NCBI RefSeq assembly: GCF_006345805.1
Contig: NC_042999.1
Span: forward strand, 169,818,001-169,882,000
Length of the DNA stretch: 64,000 nt
Source of the DNA: Octopus sinensis
Taxonomy: Eukaryota
Reading direction: 5' to 3'
Shown one piece after another: positions 12,751-24,440 of the stretch; the first letter of the stretch is position 1, and each line of letters starts with the position of its first letter. The position numbers and the translations under genes are program-made. The notes beneath the pieces are model-generated. The model worked only from the letters and a program-made list of their open reading frames with translations, was not told the DNA's origin and made no database searches.

Positions 12751-13297
12751 CTCTTTGAGGAATTTATTAAAACAATAAAAAAAAAACTGAGCCTAAAATA
12801 CTAGAAATACGGTAAACTTGTTCACCAATTTGTGTGTAGGTATTAAGAAACGTCCGATCTTGTTGGAATTCGTTGAAATTAGAAGCTTTTTAATTAAAGC
12901 TGGACATTGAAAAGGAGGGACACGTGTTTGCAGGGAGGAAAGTTTCAGTCGTGTTAAACAAAAGCAATTCTACAAGGATTACAATCGCTGATTTATTTTA
13001 AATATACAGAAAATTATCTTATTTTATAATCTTATTTTATAGAGATTTTATGTTTTTAGAGAATAAAAAACGGAGAAAATCGTTTCTCTGAAGAAGAAGA
13101 AATGCTTTTTCCTTCCTGAAGAAAGCAGAACGATTTGAGGGACAGAAGTTAGACAATCAGCGCAATATAGAAATAACAGTGGATAAACAAAACACTTGGG
13201 AGTGTAATGTGTTAAATGAAAATGGAAAAAGTGGGAAATAAAATTGGAAATTTGGTTAAAAATGGTCAGAAAAAGTCTGAAGCGAAAAAAGTCTCAC

Positions 13298-13331
13298 CTC
13301 GCTTAATGGCAGTCACCACATGGAAAGAGAG
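13298..13331 (-). promoter_or_regulatory. RPS9: RPS9 TCT/5'TOP initiator and non-coding exon 1
   Basis: Minus strand CTCTCTTTCC matches the ribosomal-protein TCT motif YYC+1TTTYY (C+1 about 13327). A GAG|gtgaga donor follows at 13298. The flank is CpG-rich. Confidence 0.8.
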
Positions 13332-13870
13332 CGAGGCGGCAGGCGGAGGGAGAAATTAAAGTAGTCCCACTTCGTTCGCTCACTATTTATATTTAATGTT
13401 CAGAATAATTAGTATTTATTGCGATGAAATTAATCTAAAAAAAATTATATTGCTGTTTACTGCAACTTTGGTATTCTTTATGGAGAAATTAAGGAGTATT
13501 TCCAGTTAATAGCTTAGGAACTACTTTTTGTCAGTGACGAAACACGACCATCGCGCACAGTTCGGTTCTAGATTACGACTAAAAGCGCCATCTGCCGTAA
13601 AGCGGATTGTTTAATTTAATAAATTTAATAATAATAAATAATATTATCAAATCGCTACAATTATATTTTCTTTCAATTTCAATTGTAAATAATTAAACTA
13701 CTTTTGCAAACCTTACAAATTTGAAATAGGTTACGTCCACGAGTTTTGGTTAGATATGTTGTTGAGTGGAAGTGGAGACTATTTTTATTCACTTCCTTTC
13801 ACTCGAACAAGTCGAGTGTGAACCTGAAAATACGAAAGTGTGTCTACGTGTTTGCGCGACCTTAAGCTTT
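13332..13870. promoter_or_regulatory. CpG-rich RPS9 upstream promoter region
   Basis: Local CpG enrichment, ETS-like GGAAGT/CACTTCC near 13768-13797, and a CTCF/YY1-like GCGCCATCTGCCGT at 13585-13598. Confidence 0.5.
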
Positions 13871-14339
13871 AATTAAAATTTCCCTCGCTTCTAGGGTTCA
13901 TTAATGGAATGTAAATCGCTCCAGTATTTACGTGGTACTTTATTTTAGTGACTCAGGTGAAGTGAAAAACAAAATGGACTGAACATAAAGGACCATAATT
14001 AACTTATATATCGCAAGGCATCTTGTCCGATGCTCTGCCGTTCCACCACCTAAAATAGTCGACAAATCTCTCTACTTTTAAAAGGAATGAAGCATAATGT
14101 CGTCCAACATACAGAGATGAACCCCCCCCCCCAAAAAAAAAGGGCTATCTGGGTTTGCATGACAACAAATAGGGATTTATTAGTGTACATTATGAACCCC
14201 AAACTAGCATTTCAAGATATGCTCGACTATAAAGCCTTCCTTTACTACCTTCAGCTTAATTAACATATTCTTATTTCTGCAGAACACAAACCACGAGTTT
14301 TCCCACAGTTGTTAGCTGCAACCTAAGCTAATTATATTT

Positions 14340-16048
14340 TTCTTATTTTAGTCGTTTGACTGCGGCCATGCTGGAGCATAACTTTAGTCGATGAAATCGA
14401 CCTCAGCACGTATTCTTTGTAAGCCTTGTACTTATTCTATCGGTCTTTTTGCCGAACCGCTAAGTTACGGGGACGTAAACACACCAGCATCGGTTGTCAA
14501 GCGATGGTGGAGAGACAAACACATACAACGGGCTTCTTTCAGTTTCCGTCTACCAAATCCACTCACAAGGCTTTGGTCAGCCCAAGGCAATAGTAGAAGA
14601 CACTTGCCCAAGGTGCCATGCAGTGGGACTGAACCCAGAACCATGTGGTTGGGAAGCAAATACTTTAATAAATATAAACTAAGAAATATAACACTGCACA
14701 ACTAAACATTGAAGTAATCGAGATAAGAAGTTTGCGTCCGAATCACGTGGTTCCGGGTTCAGTCCCACTATGAGGCACTGTGGACGTCTTCTGCTATAGC
14801 CTCGGGCCGACCAAAGCCTTGAGTGGATCTGGCAGACGGAAACTGAAAGAAGCCCATCGTATATATTTTTTTATTCTTTTATTTGTTTCAGTCATTTCAC
14901 TGCGACCATACTGGACATAATCGACCCCAGGATTTATTCTTTGTTCGCTTAGTACTTATTCTATCGGTCTCTCTTGCCGAACCACTAAGTATTGGTTGTC
15001 AAGCGATGTTGGGGGATAAACAGATACATACATAAGAGACCGTTACAATAAGTACCAGGCTTTTAAAAAATGAGTACTGAGGGTTCATTTATTCGACTGA
15101 AAATTCCCCAAGGCGGTGCTCCAGCATGGCTGCAGTTAAGTAACTGAACCAATTAAAAAATATAAGATAACAACTAGAAGAAAAGTTTAGCTTAATATAC
15201 AAGTATGGAAGCGTAAATATTCCCAAACACAACATCAACACACAGGATAGCTAAACGATTGTGTGTGTGTGTGTGTGTATAGGCATGGATGTGTGGTAAG
15301 AAGTTTACTTTCCAACCATGATTTCAGGTTCAGTCCCATAGTGTTACACTTTGGGCAAGTCTCTCCTATTATAGCCCCAGGGCCTTGTGAGTGGATTTGG
15401 TTGGCAGAAACGTTAGCACGCTGGGCGAAATGTTTAGCGTAATTTCATCTGCCGTTACGTTCTGAGTTCAAATTCCACCGAGGTTGACTTTACCTTTCAT
15501 TCTTTCGGGGTCGATAAATTATGTACCAGTTGTATACTGGGGTGAATCTAATCGACTTAACCTCTTTGTCTGTCCTTGTTTAGCCCCTTGTGGACAATAA
15601 AGAAATAAGAAACTGAAAGGAACCCCACCACACACACGTGTGTGTGTGTGTCTGACCTCCACACCTTGACAACCGGAGTTGGTTTGCGTATGTCCTCGTA
15701 ACTTTGCGATTCAGCAGTAGAAACCGATAGAGTAAGGGTCAAACTTGAAAGAAACCTAAGTAGTAGGGTTGATGTGTCCGACTACGACTTTTCAAGGTGC
15801 TGCTCCAGCATGGCCGCAGTCAGATGACTTAATCAATTAAAAAGAGAAAGTAAAAATAAAAAGAATTAAAAAATATAATGGACATAGGTGTAGGAGTGGC
15901 TGTGTGGTAAGTAGCTTACTTACGAACTACATGGTTCCGGGTTCAGTCCCACAGCGTGGTACCTTGGGCAAGTGTCTTCTGCTATACCCTCGGGCCGACC
16001 AAAGCCTTGTGAGTGGACTTGGTAAACGGAAACTGAAAGAAGCCCGTC

Positions 16049-16087
<39 letters not shown>

Positions 16088-16625
16088 TGTGTGTGTCTGT
16101 GTTTGTCCCCTCCCCCTTAGCAGTTCAGCAAAAGAGTGCGATAGATTAAATACTAGGCTTCCAAAGAATAAGTCCTGGGGTCGATTTGCTTAACTAAAGG
16201 CGGTGCTCCAGCATGGCCACAGTCAAATGACCGAAACAAGTAAAAGAGAATGAGCAAAGAACTGACCGCATATCTGCAGACTTTGACAAGGGTTTTGTGA
16301 AAGACTAGCAGTTTCCCTGGCATGTCATCTCCTTCCTCCACATACACCGATGCTTTCCAAGAGACAGGCAAGTTAGATACAGCTTGGCGCCAGAATGTAA
16401 AGAGTCGAAGCGAATACCTAAAAGCATTCCGCCCGATGTTCTAATAGACTCAGGCATGGCTGTGTGGTTAAGTAGCTCGCTTTGCAACCATGTGGTTTCG
16501 GGTTCAATTTCACTGTATGGCACTTTGGGTAAATGTCTTCTACTATAGCTTCAGGCCGATCAATACCTTGTGAGTGAATTTGGTTTTACAGAAACTGTGG
16601 AATCCCGTTGTATATTTATATATAT
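14340..16625. mobile_element. Cluster of SINE A copies and fragments (14340-14660 -, 14710-15150 mixed, 15279-15850 + interrupted by SINE B 15401-15610, 15885-16250 +, 16450-16620 +)
   Basis: Direct homology to the other copies. Confidence 0.85.
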
Positions 16626-17188
16626 TAATGTATATATATATATGTGTGTGTCCTCCATTTTGGACAACGGTAGCAGGAGATTGTTTTCCAAAATGAAAGT
16701 TAACACCTTTCTCCATGTGATCGGCTTGAAAAATTGTTAAGACACTAGAATATTTTCCTACTTTTCTAAACATGAAACCAATGGTAGCTCTAATTCAGAA
16801 ATAAGAAATTATATATCCACCAATATGGTGTTGAACGCTGAACACTCACTTCATTGTTCGACATTTAAGTGTATATATATATAAAACTATAAATTAGGGT
16901 ATCTGAGAGATACCACCATGCTGAAATAGCAGTCAAAACCCTGACCCTAAAGCCACCTTAAATGTTCATATGTTATATATTTATAGTTTTAAATAATTAT
17001 TACCTTTGTATGGTATTTATTCCCATGCTGCCCACTTGATAAGATCGATATTTAAATATCGATAAATATATAAAATAGGAATTAGAGATAAAACCACTAT
17101 TATGCAACTGAAACAGTGATAGACATAAACCAATACATAAATAACAAATGATATAAATATAATTTATATATATATATATTTATATATA

Positions 17189-17377
17189 GAGGGCATTATT
17201 ACACATAAATGCCTCACGCTTCTGCGGTAAGTGCGAAATCACAGGTGATATAAGACTAAATTCATTTTTTAAATGTCTTGCTTTGAAAAATTGCATTGGG
17301 TATGATTAGTAAAAATTTTTGGTAGAAATGACTGATGTCCCTCTTAGCGTGAGGCATTTATGTGTAATAATGCCCTC
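17189..17377. mobile_element. 189-bp MITE with perfect 32-bp TIRs in (TA)n
   Basis: GAGGGCATTATTACACATAAATGCCTCACGCT at 17189-17220 and its exact reverse complement at 17346-17377. Confidence 0.85.
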
Positions 17378-17702
17378 TATATATAAATTAATATGTTCAA
17401 TAAGAAAGAATTATTTTCGAAATTTTTCTCTTATGAGGTTTTTCACGCTATCTGCCTGATAATTTCTTGTTAAGATTCCTTATTAAGAAGTTATCCTTAA
17501 TTGTTAAATTTATATATATATATATATTTATTTATTTATTTATATATTTATTATTTTTAATTTTTTTTATTATATTATATTTATCATTCATTTTATACTT
17601 TTTGAAAAAAAAAATTATATATATTATTTGTTATTTATGTATTGGTTTATGTCTATCACTGTTTGAGTTGCATAATAGTGGTTTTATCCCTAATTCATAT
17701 TT

Positions 17703-18107
17703 TATCATCATCATCGTTTAATGTCTGTTCTTTTTACGTGCCACTGGCGCGGAAGCCAGTATAGGTGGCGCTGGCATCGGCCACGTTTGGATGGCGATTT
17801 TTACGTGCCACCGGCACAGGGATCACAACTGCAGTTTCCATTGATTTTGATGTCGGTGTACTTGACTCAATGGATCTCCTCAAGCACAGGGTCAAAATGG
17901 TGTTTCTTCACTTGCCACCTGCACAGGAGTCAGTCCAGCGGTCCTGGCAACTGCTGGGTGCCAGTCATAGGATTGGTTCAATTTCGATTCCGATTTCGAT
18001 TTCGATTTTGATTTCACTTGCCCCAACAGGTCTTCGCAAGCAGAGTTTAGTGTCCAATGAAGGGGGAGTTGGCATGGGTGCCTGTCATCGGATGAGGTCA
18101 GGCATAC
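17703..18107 (-). mobile_element. RTE 3' UTR fragment
   Basis: (TCA)n then cgtttaatgtc; contains gtgccaccggcac units; homologous to 55300-55740. Confidence 0.8.
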
Positions 18108-18185
18108 TGTGAAATTTGATTTAATATTAAATTGAATTTTTCCCTGTAAGTTTGGAGTTATTCTCCCTAATATTATTATTATTAA

Positions 18186-18231
<46 letters not shown>

Positions 18232-18240
18232 TTAAATAAT

Positions 18241-18580
18241 AAGGCGCATGGCTCAGTGGTTAGAGCGTCGAGCTTACGATCGTGAGGTTGTGAGCTCGAA
18301 TCCCGGACCGGGCTGCGTGTTGTGTTCTTGAGCAAGGCACTTTATTTCACGTTGCTCCAGTTCACTCAGCTGTAGAAATGAGTTGCGACGTCACTGGTGC
18401 CAAGCTGTATCGACCTTTGTCTTTCCGTTGGATAACACTGGTGGCGTGGAGAGGAGAGGCTGGTATGCATGGGCGACTGCTGGTCTTCCATAAACAACCT
18501 TGCCCGGACTTGTGTCTAGGAGGGTAACTTTCTAGGTGCAATCCCATGGTCATTCATGACCGAAGGGGGTCTTTACCCTT
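18241..18580 (+). mobile_element. SINE family C, flanked by (ATT)n (related copies 9830-10090 +, 21200-21447 -, 26666-26865 +, 27820-28080 -, 35700-35970 -, 42060-42270 -)
   Basis: A-box TGGCTCAGTGG, B-box GAGCTCGAATCCC, core ttgctccagttcactcagctg. Confidence 0.85.
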
Positions 18581-18581
18581 T

Positions 18582-18613
<32 letters not shown>

Positions 18614-18614
18614 T

Positions 18615-19039
18615 GTATTTCCAACAGGAATATCAGTTGGAAAGCCACTCTTGCACTTCAAAGACAAACTAAAAGGCAATCTGAGGGGATGCAACATTCC
18701 CCTTTCTTCCTGGGTAAACAAAATATCAGAACGCAGAACCTGGCGCCAGTCTTACTTCCTTTAAGTTCAAAGATTTGAACAAAGTTGACTCCAGCATCGA
18801 GACTAACTTCGTGCAAGCATGAGGCGCGCTGGCAAAACTCTGTTCCTCTAAATGGAAACCTTCCTTATTGTAGTTTTGTGGCACGAAGTAAAGCAGGCCT
18901 TGCTGTCCACTCAAGAAAGTACATGGTAAATAATTCACAAGCAGTCAAGCAAAGTGAGTCCTTAATTTGTTCCAGTTGCCAAAATGTTTGCAAGACCCCT
19001 GCAGGCCTAAAGAGACGCATTCGCACTCATAGAACATGA
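18615..19039 (+). mobile_element. 3' end of a different, BovB-like RTE LINE with C-terminal zinc-knuckle motifs
   Basis: Reads GKPLLHFKDKLKGNLRGCNIPLSSW...RRTWRQ and CSFVARSKAGLAVH...CSSCQNVCKTPAGLKRRIRTH. Confidence 0.7.
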
Positions 19040-19199
19040 TTTACTGCTTAATTTTACTGAACCCTCATATGTCGTTCACAACAAGAAAATCTATCATATA
19101 TATATATATATATATAATATAAATATGTATGTATACACACACATATTTATATATCTATTGTTATATTTGAGGAGGGTCAATTCCAATATTTGTTTTTTT

Positions 19200-19500
19200 C
19201 TCTTTTAAGAAACTCTTTTCTCTCATGTAGTTTCAACTTCCACAAGAGTCTTCTCAGCACCTGTGAGAATAAGTACCCCAACAACATCTTGATTTCATTT
19301 GACATATTGCTTTGAAATCCAGAATAAATCACCTTCTGCTTTTCTCTTCGAGTCACGTATACCTGACACCTAGCTTATCTAGCTACACGATATTGTTCCT
19401 TCTCTCCCGCTTGGTTTTCATCAAATCTTCCCATCTGTGTCTCTTAGCATTAATAGTTCTATCTGCTGTGTCATTCCATTGTCCCATTGCCTTCCTTCTG
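19200..19500 (-). mobile_element. Degraded RTE ORF fragment (EN-RT linker)
   Basis: Minus strand WNDTADRTINAKRHRWED...QYRVAR resembles WWNNVVDRAIRQKKQAWRDW...ARREARRQVY of the 52 kb element. Confidence 0.55.
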
Positions 19501-19631
19501 GTTTCAACCTGGAATCAGTGACAGAGCTGGTCACGTAAAAGCTTCTAGTTGCCTTGTATGTTACAAGTTTCTATCGCGTCACCATGACTACAGAGGGTGT
19601 CTATCAGAACTAAGGTGTCTCCATTACACTA

Positions 19632-20032
19632 TCTCTTTTGACTCTCTTTTACTTGTTTCAGTCATTTGACTGCGGCCATGCTGAAGCACCGCCTTTAGTC
19701 GAGCAAATCGACCTCAGGAATAATTCTTTGTAAGCCTAGTACTTATTCTATCAGTCTCTTTTGCTGAACCGCTAGGTTATGGGGACGTAAACTCACCAGC
19801 AATGTTGGGGAGACAAACACAGACGCACAAACATATACACACACATGCATATATCTATACATATATACGACGGGCTTCTTTCAGTTTCCGTCTACCAAAT
19901 CCACTCACAAGGCTTTGGTCAGACCGAAGCTATAGTAGAAGGCACTTGCCCAAGGTGCCATGCAGTGGGACTGAACCCGGAACCATGTGGTTGGTAAGCA
20001 AGCTACTTACCACACAGCCACTCCTACGCCTA
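19632..20032 (-). mobile_element. SINE family A
   Basis: Near-full copy. Confidence 0.9.
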
Positions 20033-20228
20033 TATGCAGACCAATGATCAAAGTCTTTCCATCCATGGCTCTCTTTTTTTTTTTTGTCAGTTTTTGTTTA
20101 ATCATTATAAGTGGACTGCCCAGAGAGCCGAAGTGAATCCCGCAAGACATTCTATCCCACATCTTAACCAACTCTTTCAGCTTCGCCGCATGCAACGTAG
20201 GTTATGAATAAATAAGTATATATAAGAG

Positions 20229-20626
20229 GATCAGAATCGAAATCGATCAATGGAAATTGCAGATGTGTTACCAGTGCCGGTGGCATGTAAGAGAACCTTC
20301 CGTTTCGCGACCGTTGCCAGCACCGCCCCGTTTCGTGTCCGTTGCCAGCCTCGCCTGGCCCTCGTGCCGGTGGCACATAAAAAGCACCATCCGTTTGTGG
20401 CCGTTTGCCAGCTCTGTCTGGCACCTGTGTGGGTGGCACGTAAAAAGCACCCACAACACTCGCAGAGTGGTTGGCGTTAGGAAGGGCATCCAGCCGTAAA
20501 AACACTGCCAGATTTGACTGGGCCTGATGAAGCCTTCTGGCTTCACAGACCCCAGTAGAACCGTCCAACCCATGCTAGCATGGAAAACGGACGCTAAACG
20601 ATGATGATGATGATGATGATGATGAT
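20229..20626 (+). mobile_element. RTE 3' UTR fragment with (TGA)n tail
   Basis: Homologous to 51110-51460. Confidence 0.85.
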
Positions 20627-21024
20627 CTGTACATATCTGTACATATTTAATCTCGTTGTGAAACTCTGCTTACAGGAGCTATTTTGACAACTTGAAATGA
20701 AAATTGAACCAACATGTTCCATTATTACGTTTATAGTAATTATGGAACCAAATTATTTTATCCCTGCCACCCCATCTTTAAAATTATTACGACGACTCTC
20801 TGTTATTTACTGCTGCCAACACAGTCCTCTTTTTCTTCCTTACGCTTGTCGATGTGTCTTGTGATTAATCACTTTGTCAATTGCGTCCAGACTGTCCCAC
20901 AAGTTCTGCATTCAACAAATGGTATTAAGTTTTATTTTCTTCAATCAATATAATTCTCTTCTTTTAGTGGTCATATTTCTTTTCCAACTAACTTGCTTTT
21001 GTGTATGCAGAGAAAACATCTAAT

Positions 21025-21064
21025 TAAACATACATACATACACATACATACATACATACATACG

Positions 21065-21106
<42 letters not shown>

Positions 21107-21185
21107 TACATACATACATACATACATACATACATACATACATACATACATACATACATACACACACACATACATACATATATAT
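21025..21185. repeat. (CATA)n/(CA)n microsatellite
   Basis: Direct. Confidence 0.95.
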
Positions 21186-22029
21186 AATAAAAATAATAAA
21201 TGCACCCTTTTAAAGCCTAGCCAGGCTCATGGGCCCGGTTTCCTGGTTTCTATGGCATTTGTGTTCCCCAGCTGGATGAGACGCCAGTCCATCGCAGCGT
21301 TACTCATTTTTGCCATCTGAGTGGACTGGAGCAATGTGAAATGAAGTGTTTTGCTCAAGAACACAATGCGTCGCCCGGTCCAGGAATCGAAACCACAATC
21401 TTACGATCATAATGCTGACACCCTAACCACTAAGCCATGTGCCTCCACACACATACATACATACATATATATATATACTGCTGTTGCAACTGTAGTAGTA
21501 GTGGTAATAATAGCGATTGTTTCTGTCCTCGTTGTTGTTGCTGTGGTTGTCTGTAACCTAGGAAACACAATTAGCAAGATTTTTGAAATCCTTGGCAATA
21601 CGAAGGCAATAAAGGGAAATCTAATACTTTATACTTTTTGCAACTGGCTAACAACAAAATTAAATTCCAGTTAGATTAGTCAGGATATTTGTTTAGCAAT
21701 AATAAAGAAACCTGTTAAAAGTGAGTGCCAACCATTTGTTCCTCCTTATCAGCTTCGTGATATCAGGTCATGGGAAAGAAATGATGTTTAGAGCCGTTGA
21801 CCGTTCGCTTCCTTTTTTCTGTCTTTTGTATAGAGAAGCATTTGTATCGAAATTATGTTACAATTCACGTGAAGGACGTGTGTAGTGATTAGTTCTCGGT
21901 TTGCGCGTAAATTATCTGCGTGATAATGTATGGCATCAGGTGGAAAGCAAAGTGAAGCATGCAAATCATTGTTATTGTCACCTCACCACCAAATGAAAAA
22001 GAAACAATAAAACTAACTTCTAAATCGTA

Positions 22030-22668
22030 AAATATAATCCTTTCTATTATAGGCACAACACCTGATGTTTTAGGGGATTGGGACTTGTCGATTATATCAA
22101 TTCCCAATGTTCAACTGGTATTTATTTTATCGACTCTGAAAGGATGAAAGCCAAAGTGAATCTCGGCAGAATTTGAACTCAGAACATACAGATGAACAAA
22201 ATGTCCCTCAACATTTTGTCCGGTATGCTAAGAGTTTTGCCAGCTCACTGTCTTCTTAATGATAATAATCTTTTCTACTGAAGGCACAAGGCCTGGAATC
22301 TTGGGTGAGGGGACAAATCGATTACATCGACCCCGAAAGGATGAAAGGCAAAGATGACCTCGGCAGAATTTGAACATAGAACGTAGCGACAGGTGAAAGA
22401 CCGCTAAGCATTTCACCCGGCGTGCTAATGTTTCTTATTTCTTTATTGCCCACAAGGGGCTAAACATTGAGGGGACAAGCACGGACAGACAAAGGGATTA
22501 AGTCGATTACATTGACCCCAGTGCATAACTGGTACTTAATTTATCGACCCCGAAAGGATGAAAGGCAAAGTCGACCTCGGCAGTATTTGAACATAGAATG
22601 TAGCGACAGGTGAAAGACTGCTAAGCATTTCATCTAGCGTGCTAACGATTCTGCCATCACACTGCCTT
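22030..22668 (-). mobile_element. Three tandem SINE B copies
   Basis: Repeated cgaccccgaaaggatgaaaggcaaag core. Confidence 0.85.
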
Positions 22669-22778
22669 GTCAGTCAGTCAGTCAGTCAGATTTATAGCGC
22701 TTGTAAACTTTTACTGTGGAAAACACTTATGTATTAGTGATACTGTAAAGCCTGTGCCACTTTTCTAAGGAACTATAT

Positions 22779-22814
<36 letters not shown>

Positions 22815-22816
<2 letters not shown>

Positions 22817-23370
22817 GCCCTGATGCAGTACCAGGCAGTGGCTCTCATGGCTTCTGATCTTAACTGATTGGAAGTGTTATCATGTACATTGTTTTGTCTT
22901 GGTATAAAAGATGGGCTACAGCAAATATTCTGCTCAATACCACAGATTTGCTTGTCAGTTGTTTGACCTTAACTAGTTGAGCATGTCCCTTAGTGGCTGA
23001 CGATATGTGCATCTCTGATCACGAGCAGAAGTAGTGGGGGAGCATCATAGCCATGTGTTGAGAGAGATTCTTTGGGGTTTGAATAGTTCACCTCTGGAAA
23101 CATGGGTGGTTCATTCAACATCCTTAAACAACCCTTATTCAGGGACCGTTTGAGCGGGATGGGCTACTCAACCTGAAGAAAATTCTAACTGGGCCCCACC
23201 TGCAAGGTCATGTGCTGTTTATCTTGATATGAGATCACCATGTCGCGCACATATGGTTGTGATGCATGTGCCTGGTGTACCTTTATCAGACGGGTAGTCA
23301 TGATGGGTATATTGGTCTTCGTATATTTTACCCCAGTGTCACTTTGATGGCATGAACTGCTCTCTCACTC
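22815..23370. repeat. ~560 bp probable interspersed element bounded by (TAA)n on both sides
   Basis: Sharp (TAA)n boundaries and higher GC; only one copy in the window, class unresolved. Confidence 0.5.
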
Positions 23371-24221
23371 AATAATAATAATAATAATGATGAAATTATG
23401 GTATACCGTGCTCAGATGCACCACAACTTGTCAAAAGTGTGAATAAAGCATATGCAGTAATGTACAAATGTCTGGGAAAGGAACAGTGTATGAGTTAGAT
23501 AGATGCTTGCGTGTGTATGGAGGGGAGAAAATCAGGTGTAGTGTTGGCGAATCTCAGGAAGCTTGGAAGTTTTAAGAATCATCATCTGTAAATACATATA
23601 ACGGTTTGTATGTATTTCAATATTAGTATTACAAAATAAAATGTCAATGAATTATAATGAATTCAGAAGTCTGTTGTCCACATTAGTTAAAGTCTACCAC
23701 AAAGTCCAGTCCTTATTGTGGTGTGGTGGCCTTTGAAGGCTATAGCTGCAGAACGCATGCTTATGGTAAGACCATCCATGCTAAACAAAGGACAGAGGCC
23801 AATAATTTGTACCACCTCTTCCCTGAGATAAAAATACCCCTACCTAGAAAAAAGAAAGCAAAAGTTATAGAAGCATCGATGACAATTCAAAACCAACGAA
23901 ACCTGGGAGAGAAAGATCTTTTCTTTTGGCAACCTTTGGCGCAGGGCAGTAATAAACAATAGGGATCTAACTGGAGAGTAGCAGGAAAGACAGCCCAAAG
24001 TCAAAATCAGTAGAGAAAAGTCATCAAATTCCTATATTCCATTGGGATCGAAGGGATTAAGTAAAGTATTATAGTTAAAATGCACACTCTGAAATTATCA
24101 ATTTTTGTGTGGGACTTCAGTAGTTTGCAATTAGTCAGAAGATAATGAATATCTGAAATTTTGTTAATGAGAATGTGTTTGTTACTTGTCTAATTTTTTT
24201 CTTATCAAAATCTCATCTACT

Positions 24222-24440
24222 TTAACCCTTTACTATTTAAATCAGCCAGGCCCAAATATTTTACCTGTTATTGCTAAACTGACCAGATCAGGCCTCTCAC
24301 ACCTATCCTACAGTGTCATTCTAAAAACATACAACCACATCATCAAAATCTCAAAGCTACGAGATAATACCTGATTAATTCAAAACAAGAAATAAATAAG
24401 CATTACATTTGACCGAGTAATCTGCATGGTAAAGGATTAA
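24222..24440. mobile_element. Second piggyBac-type MITE family (related copies ~2669-2880, ~6855-7060, ~44150-44310)
   Basis: TTAA|CCCTTT ... AAAGGA|TTAA; shared internal ggcctctcacacctaccctaca...ttaattcaaaacaatgtgaataaataagc. Confidence 0.65.

Noticed and set aside
18241-18315. tRNA-like sequence
   Set aside because: Has A/B boxes but no acceptor stem; it continues into a SINE C body present in many copies.
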